Both the position numbers and the translations under genes were made by a program. The notes under the pieces were generated by a model that saw nothing but the letters and a program-made list of their open reading frames with translations, was not told where the DNA came from and did not search any database. Below are positions 26,515-32,000 of a stretch of 32,000 nt of DNA, piece by piece (the first letter of the stretch is position 1; the number at the start of each line of letters is the position of its first letter). The stretch is from Candidatus Electronema halotolerans (GTDB lineage Bacteria; Desulfobacterota; Desulfobulbia; Desulfobulbales; Desulfobulbaceae), in NCBI GenBank assembly GCA_942493095.1, contig OW818675.1, positions 1 through 32,000 on the forward strand. Reading direction: 5' to 3'.

Positions 26515-27735
26515 ATGCAGGAAGACAAGATCAACCATCAGCAGGATCATTCATACTCCATGCCATCATCGCTGAAACAGGAGGACGGGCGCATCTGGCA
26601 GGACAGAAACCTCCAGATCATCTTTGCCATCACCCTGATGGCGGTCATGGGCGTGGCCAGCATCACCCCGGCCTTTCCCAAGATCATCAAAGAGCTGCGG
26701 ATACCGCCTCACAATATCGGCCTGCTCATCACCGCCTTCACTGTGCCGGGCGTGTTTCTGACACCAGTCCTTGGCGTGCTTGCCGACCGCTTTGGCCGCA
26801 AGAGAATCCTTGCTCCGTCCCTGTTCCTCTTCGCCCTTGCTGGCGGAGCCTGCGCCTTCAGCCAGAATTTTCATGCCCTGCTCATCCTGCGCTTCCTTCA
26901 GGGCATTGGCGCGGCAGCTCTTGGCTCCTTGAACGCCACCCTGATCGGCGACCTCTATGTCGGCAGTGAGCTGGGCGCGGCAATGGGCTGGAATGCCAGC
27001 GTCCTCAGCCTGGGCACGGCAAGCTATCCCGCGCTGGGCGGAGTCTTGGCTGCGGCAGGCTGGCAGTATCCGTTTCTCCTCCCGCTTCTCGCCATCCCGG
27101 TCGGCTTGCTGGTGCTCTTTGTCCTGCAAAATCCTGAGCCAAAAAACAGTCAGCCGCTCAGTGGGTATCTGCGCGGGATATGGAAGGTGCTGCACAACCG
27201 GCAGGTGGCTGGCCTGTTCATTGCCACCCTGGCCATTTTCATCATTCTCTACGGCTCCTATCTGACCTATCTGCCGCTGCTGCTCAATCACAGCTTCAAG
27301 GCCTCCTCGGTGGTGATCGGCCTGATCATGTCAGGCATGTCCTGCACTATGGCCCTCACCGCAGCGCAGATGGGCAGGCTGACCAAGATATATGCCAAGA
27401 AAACAATGATCCAAGCCGCCTTTGTCCTCTATGCGCTCTCCCTGCTCCTGATTCCCTTTGTCTCACAGCTCTGGCTGCTGCTCCTGCCCATTGCCCTGTT
27501 CGGGGCGGCAATGGGCATCAATGTGCCCTGCCTCCAAACCATGCTGGCTGGACTGGCCCCGCTCGAATACCGGGGCGCGTTCATGTCGGTCAACGGCATG
27601 GTACTGCGCTTGGGCCAGACACTGGGGCCGCTGCTCATGGGCGCGGTCTTTGCTGGTTACGGCATCAACGGGGTTTTCTATGCCGGGGCAGCCTGCTCCC
27701 TGCTCATGGTGCTGGCCATTGCCGCGCTGCTCTGA
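26515..27735 (+). CDS. MFS transporter
   Basis: Multi-TM protein with FAITLMAVMGVASITPAFPKIIKEL, PVLGVLADRFGRKRILAPSLFLFALAG, LRFLQGIGAAALGSLNATLIGDLY. ORF open from 26446, but that extension overlaps the 22-bp array; ATG 26515 or 26560 is more likely. Confidence 0.88.
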   Translation: MQEDKINHQQDHSYSMPSSLKQEDGRIWQDRNLQIIFAITLMAVMGVASITPAFPKIIKELRIPPHNIGLLITAFTVPGVFLTPVLGVLADRFGRKRILAPSLFLFALAGGACAFSQNFHALLILRFLQGIGAAALGSLNATLIGDLYVGSELGAAMGWNASVLSLGTASYPALGGVLAAAGWQYPFLLPLLAIPVGLLVLFVLQNPEPKNSQPLSGYLRGIWKVLHNRQVAGLFIATLAIFIILYGSYLTYLPLLLNHSFKASSVVIGLIMSGMSCTMALTAAQMGRLTKIYAKKTMIQAAFVLYALSLLLIPFVSQLWLLLLPIALFGAAMGINVPCLQTMLAGLAPLEYRGAFMSVNGMVLRLGQTLGPLLMGAVFAGYGINGVFYAGAACSLLMVLAIAALL

Positions 27736-27830
27736 GCAGCATCTGCATTGAACTTGTGCAATCGCGGCTGGATCCGGTATAATTGCCGCCCGCAACCGAC
27801 TCATTGAACGCTGAACAACGATCACAGATG

Positions 27831-28784
27831 ATGAAAAAGACTGCTGTCCTCTTTCCTGGGCAAGGTTCGCAATATCTTGGCATGGGCAGGGACTTTGCTG
27901 CCGCTGACCCGGATGCCGCCGCTTTGCTGGACATGGCCGAGTCCATTGCTGACATGCCCCTGCGCCGCCTCTGTTTTGACGGCCCGATGGAAGACCTGAC
28001 CAGAGTGCTCCATCTTCAGCCCGCTTTGACTGCGGTCAACCTGATCTGCTGGCAGCAGCTCGGCAAAATCCTGCCGGATTTCACCCCGGCCTGGGTCGGC
28101 GGGCACTCGCTGGGCGAATACTCGGCCCTGCACGCCGCCGGAGTGCTGTCCTCAGAGGACACGATCCGTCTTGTCACCAAGCGCGGCGAGCTGATGGAGC
28201 GGGAAAGCGCGGCTCATCCGGGCGGCATGCTGGCCGTGCTCGGTCTGACCATCGAGGAAGTCGAGAATCTGCTGGCGCAATACGAGGGGCCAGGCACCGT
28301 GGTGGTTGCCAATCACAACACGCCCCAGCAGATCATTATTTCCGGCGATCAGGAAGGCTTGGAATCCTTTGCTGATAGCTGCAAGGCTGCCGGAGCCAAG
28401 CGGGTCAAGCCGCTCAAAGTTGCAGGCGCGAATCATAGTCCGCTGGTCGCCGGGGCAGTGCCGGATTTTGCCGCCTTTATGGAGCAGATTGCCTTTCAGC
28501 CGCCGCACATTCCCCTGCTCTTCAATGTCACTGCGGCCCCGGAAACAGACCCAACAGCCATCCAGTCCATAATGGCCCAGCAGATCGCCTCGCGGGTGCG
28601 CTGGCAGGAGTCTGTCTCCCGAATGATTGAGGACGGCCCAGAAGTTTTTTTGGAGCTTGGCCCTGGTTCGGTGCTCAAAGGAATGATGAAAAAGATGCTC
28701 CCTGCTGGCGGTTCGGCGGTGTGTCTGCAAGCTGACACGCCGGAATCATTGGCAAAGGCCGCAGCTGTCATCCAAGGTGAATAA
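27831..28784 (+). CDS. fabD: Malonyl-CoA:ACP transacylase
   Basis: KKTAVLFPGQGSQYLGMGRDF, GHSLGEYSALHAAGVLS, MLAVLGL, VVVANHNTPQQIIISGDQEGL, KVAGANHSPLVAGA, GPGSVLKGMMKK. Confidence 0.95.
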   Translation: MKKTAVLFPGQGSQYLGMGRDFAAADPDAAALLDMAESIADMPLRRLCFDGPMEDLTRVLHLQPALTAVNLICWQQLGKILPDFTPAWVGGHSLGEYSALHAAGVLSSEDTIRLVTKRGELMERESAAHPGGMLAVLGLTIEEVENLLAQYEGPGTVVVANHNTPQQIIISGDQEGLESFADSCKAAGAKRVKPLKVAGANHSPLVAGAVPDFAAFMEQIAFQPPHIPLLFNVTAAPETDPTAIQSIMAQQIASRVRWQESVSRMIEDGPEVFLELGPGSVLKGMMKKMLPAGGSAVCLQADTPESLAKAAAVIQGE

Positions 28785-28847
28785 GACTGCGGCCTTGCAG
28801 CCAAACCATTCGGAACTGCAAGAAAATCCGGCTCTTTTTCTTCCTGC

Positions 28848-28876
28848 TTGACAGAAACGCCCGCATCGGGTAAATA
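28848..28876 (+). promoter_or_regulatory. Putative sigma70-type promoter upstream of ffh
   Basis: TTGACA (28848-28853), 17-bp spacer, TAAATA (28871-28876), inside a 9-bp inverted repeat TGACAGAAA (28849-28857)/TTTCTGTCA (28884-28892). -10 match is only partial. Confidence 0.35.
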
Positions 28877-28957
28877 TTTTCTCTTTCTGTCATTGCCGCT
28901 CACAGAGCTGCTGTCTGAAGCTGTCCGCTTCCGAAGCCTTATCTATATCTTGTGATC

Positions 28958-30313
28958 ATGTTTGACAATCTTACTGAACGCCTTGAAGGAGTTTTCAAAA
29001 AGCTGCGCGGTCATGGCAGGCTGACTGAAGCCAATATTGAAGAGGCCATGCGCGAGGTGCGCACAGCCCTGCTGGAAGCGGATGTCAACCTTCAAGTGGT
29101 CAAGGATTTTGTCGCCTCAGTCACGGCCAAGGCCATTGGCCAGGAGGTGCTGACCAGTCTGGCTCCGGGCCAGCAGGTCATCAAGGTCGTGTATGAGGAG
29201 CTGGTCACCCTACTTGGTTCTTACGCCGAGCCGCTGCGGCTGGACGGACGGCAGCCAGTCCTGATCATGATGGCTGGTCTGCAAGGTTCAGGCAAGACCA
29301 CCACTTCGGCCAAGCTGGCCCGCCTGCTCAAGGAGAAAGGCCGCAAGCCCTTTCTCGTGCCTGCGGATGTCTATCGTCCGGCAGCCATTGACCAGCTCCA
29401 TGTGCTGGGCGAGCAGATTGGGGTGCCGGTTTTTGCCTCCACGGTTACGCAGAAGCCTGCGGACATTGCCCGCCAAGCTGAGGCGCAGGCCAAGGCCGAA
29501 GGTTATGACACGCTGATTCTTGACACAGCAGGCCGTCTTCATGTTGATGAGGAGCTGATGGCCGAGCTGCAAGAGATTGCCAAAACCGTGCCGCTGACTG
29601 AGGTGCTCTTTGTCGCCGATGCCATGACCGGCCAGGACGCAGTGGCCGTGGCAGCCAAATTCAGCAGCGATTTGGACATCACCGGCGTGATCCTGACCAA
29701 GATGGAGGGCGATGCCCGTGGCGGCGCGGCCCTGTCGGTCAATCAGGTCACAGGCAGGCCGATCAAGTTTGTCGGCATCGGTGAAGGCTTGGACGCGCTG
29801 GAAATTTTCCATCCAGACCGGGCCGCCTCCCGCATCCTCGGCATGGGCGATGTCCTCTCCCTGATCGAGAAGGCGGAAAAGGTTGTTGACGAGAAAAAGG
29901 CCAGGCAGTTAGCCAGCAAACTGCGCAAGAATACCTTCACGCTCGATGATTTTTTAGAGCAGCTCCAGCATATTAAGAAAATGGGCAGCATGGAGCAACT
30001 CATGAGCATGGTGCCGGGCATCAGCAAGCTCAAGCAGCTCAAGGATGCGCCCCAGCCCAGCGAGAAGGAGCTGTTCAAGACTGAGGCCATCATCCTCTCC
30101 ATGACGAAGAAGGAGCGGGCCAATTACAAAGTTATCAATGCCAGCCGCAGAATCCGCATTGCTGCCGGCTCCGGCACCACCGTGGCAGAGGTCAACCGGG
30201 TGCTGAAAAGCTACACCATGATGCTCAAAATGATGAAAAAAATCAGTGGCAAAGCGGCAGTGGTCAAAGATGGCCAACGGCGTAAGCTGCCCAAAGGCCT
30301 GCGTCGCCGCTGA
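28958..30313 (+). CDS. ffh: Signal recognition particle protein Ffh
   Basis: MFDNLTERLEGVFKKLRGHGRLTEANIEEAMREVRTALLEADVNLQVVKDFV; MAGLQGSGKTTTSAKLA; LILDTAGRLHVDEELM; TKMEGDARGGAALS; M domain KKMGSMEQLMSMVPG...NASRRIRIAAGSGTTVAEVNRVLK. Confidence 0.97.
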   Translation: MFDNLTERLEGVFKKLRGHGRLTEANIEEAMREVRTALLEADVNLQVVKDFVASVTAKAIGQEVLTSLAPGQQVIKVVYEELVTLLGSYAEPLRLDGRQPVLIMMAGLQGSGKTTTSAKLARLLKEKGRKPFLVPADVYRPAAIDQLHVLGEQIGVPVFASTVTQKPADIARQAEAQAKAEGYDTLILDTAGRLHVDEELMAELQEIAKTVPLTEVLFVADAMTGQDAVAVAAKFSSDLDITGVILTKMEGDARGGAALSVNQVTGRPIKFVGIGEGLDALEIFHPDRAASRILGMGDVLSLIEKAEKVVDEKKARQLASKLRKNTFTLDDFLEQLQHIKKMGSMEQLMSMVPGISKLKQLKDAPQPSEKELFKTEAIILSMTKKERANYKVINASRRIRIAAGSGTTVAEVNRVLKSYTMMLKMMKKISGKAAVVKDGQRRKLPKGLRRR

Positions 30314-30403
30314 AAAACTACAACTCAGGGAACTGTTGATACCGACAAATACTCTGAGCCTGTCAAAAGGTGGCCTTTTCTGCTCTATAACAGGAGAAAG
30401 AAC

Positions 30404-31858
30404 ATGAAATCCATAAAACTGACAAAAAAAGCAAACGTATTGATAGCTATAGCATTTCTTTGCATCAGCTTGGATGGGAACCACGAGTTGTATGGTGAAA
30501 ACATGTTGCTCATGATTCCGCCTATTTTGGCAAAGAAAAAGGCAGAGGGGCCGTTGAGCGGATATTGGTATTACACCCATAATGGGTATGAACTGAATAT
30601 GTCTCAAAATGGAGATCAATTAACTGCAACTTATACAAATTTAAGCAGCGATGCGACGTTCAATATAGGCGACCAAGCATTTTACGGAACGTTGAAAGAT
30701 AATAATATTACTGGAAAAATAAGAAGCAGATTTCCTATTGAAATTAAAGAGGTATGCCCAAATAATTGGGAGATATGGGCTGATGTCAATATGACTCTTT
30801 CTGATGATCTTCATGACATTCAAGGGCAATATAAAACATATACAATATATTCATCAGATTGCCACGTAGAAGATGGAGATTGGCAGCCGATAAATGTTAC
30901 AAGAACATTTACCCCTATTCTTAGTCCTGCAAAAGCTATTGAAGTAAAAATTACAGGAGAGCCATCTGCTGTGATTATTCGAACTAAAGATCAAAAAATT
31001 GGAGCAATACTTAATGGTGAGCAAGATTCATCAGGGAATTTAAAACAAGTAACTGATATCACATATTTCAATACTGAAAACAATAATATTAATGATGTTG
31101 TTCATCTTCATATTGATCCTATCGAAAAAACATTAAAATTTGTTTCTCCGGATGGAAAATTTGTTGTAATTGATAATTACAATCCTGTTTCAAAAACAGT
31201 AACCAAAAAAACTGGTGATATAGATACTGATGGGACAGAACATGTTACTTCAACGGAAGAAAACATTAAGGTTGATGATACATACAACGATATTGTAAAT
31301 CCTGATGATACAGTATCAAATATTTTTGAAGGTTTGAATAAAGTATGGAATGGCCTTCAATTATTAGGTAAAAAAATGTTTCCTCCATGGATTAGCTGGG
31401 TCTTTACAGTCAAACCAGATATATCTCAAGAAGACAGGTGCATAATTGACAATGTGTCTGGGCTTGTCAATCTACTTAATATGACTAAAAATATAACAGG
31501 ATGGATACACTCTATTTTTATCTTGAAAGAAACTCCTGTTTTGTCTTTCATCAAGACATTAGTTGAGAACGTTGAGAAATTATTTAGCTTTGGCCAAGAT
31601 GATGGCGCAGACAAAGTTTTTAAAACATGTGGAGCGGGTGTAGTATGTTGCTACCAACTTCAAGAGTTATGCAGAAAATATGGAGATGAAATTTACTCCA
31701 CACAATGCACTTGCACAATACTTACTTATGATGAAGTAAAAAAAATACAAATTATGCAAGAATGCGAGTCAATAGGAGGAGTGTCTGAATCTGTGGGCGA
31801 TTTTGTATGGTGCAAACAGTGGGATTTAGAGCCTCCATCCAAATGCGAAAATCCGTGA
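30404..31858 (+). CDS. Predicted exported, C-terminally cysteine-rich protein of unknown family
   Basis: 484-aa ORF with RBS-like AGGAGA upstream, signal-peptide-like MKSIKLTKKANVLIAIAFLCISLDG, low GC relative to neighbours, Cys-rich C-term KTCGAGVVCCYQLQELCRKYGDEIYSTQCTCTIL...ECESIGG...VWCKQ...KCENP. Confidence 0.72.
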   Translation: MKSIKLTKKANVLIAIAFLCISLDGNHELYGENMLLMIPPILAKKKAEGPLSGYWYYTHNGYELNMSQNGDQLTATYTNLSSDATFNIGDQAFYGTLKDNNITGKIRSRFPIEIKEVCPNNWEIWADVNMTLSDDLHDIQGQYKTYTIYSSDCHVEDGDWQPINVTRTFTPILSPAKAIEVKITGEPSAVIIRTKDQKIGAILNGEQDSSGNLKQVTDITYFNTENNNINDVVHLHIDPIEKTLKFVSPDGKFVVIDNYNPVSKTVTKKTGDIDTDGTEHVTSTEENIKVDDTYNDIVNPDDTVSNIFEGLNKVWNGLQLLGKKMFPPWISWVFTVKPDISQEDRCIIDNVSGLVNLLNMTKNITGWIHSIFILKETPVLSFIKTLVENVEKLFSFGQDDGADKVFKTCGAGVVCCYQLQELCRKYGDEIYSTQCTCTILTYDEVKKIQIMQECESIGGVSESVGDFVWCKQWDLEPPSKCENP

Positions 31859-31963
31859 CAGAATAATAATTACAGATAGTTGACAGGCGACAAGCCCTCC
31901 CTAATGGAGGACTATCCACTATATCATTACCGGAACATCTTATTCACAGGAGACAAGAAAAAA

Positions 31964-32000
31964 ATGGCAGTACGAATCCGCCTGACCAGAAAAGGCCGTA
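31964..32000 (+). CDS. rpsP: 30S ribosomal protein S16, N-terminus only (truncated by window end)
   Basis: AGGAG RBS then MAVRIRLTRKGR, characteristic bS16 N-terminus, downstream of ffh as expected for this operon. Confidence 0.85.
   Translation, partial: MAVRIRLTRKGR

Noticed and set aside
30365-30379. AAAAGG-TGG-CCTTTT hairpin after ffh
   Set aside because: Short 6-bp AT-rich stem with no continued T-tract; may be a weak terminator but is insufficient evidence.

Overview
This 32 kb window looks like chromosomal DNA from a GC-rich proteobacterium, plausibly a Desulfobulbaceae-type (delta)proteobacterium; that placement is inference only. Recognisable genes, in order: a 5'-truncated LTA-synthase-like membrane sulfatase; a GYF_2/AIM24-family (TIGR00266-like) protein; a VanZ-like protein; a MoxR-type AAA ATPase translationally coupled to two tandem SUMF1/formylglycine-generating-enzyme-like proteins; a secreted GH5-type endoglucanase (-); a Gfo/Idh/MocA oxidoreductase fused to a left-handed beta-helix acyltransferase; a (-) operon with two substrate-binding-protein/OmpA fusions around a VWA lipoprotein; a (-) NACHT/STAND NTPase with C-terminal pentapeptide repeats; hcp (-); a tightly overlapping operon of GAF-HD-GYP, hypothetical, HPr-like, ptsI-like, thiL-like and a small membrane protein; an acetylornithine-type aminotransferase; an MFS transporter; fabD; ffh; an AT-rich secreted Cys-rich protein of unknown family; and the start of rpsP. 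The strongest unexplained signal is a non-coding, phase-locked 23-bp array (about 14837-15081) between the SBP/OmpA operon and the NACHT gene. It has a conserved CYATGYRCAT-type core, variable 13-bp linkers, and is bounded by two CGGTTCATG 9-mers exactly 230 bp (10 x 23) apart, the right one being the centre of a perfect 24-bp palindrome. A second, smaller array with a 22-bp period and CTGGCACCGGGTG core lies at 26414-26501, between the aminotransferase and MFS genes. No CRISPR array, tRNA, rRNA or intact transposase was seen.
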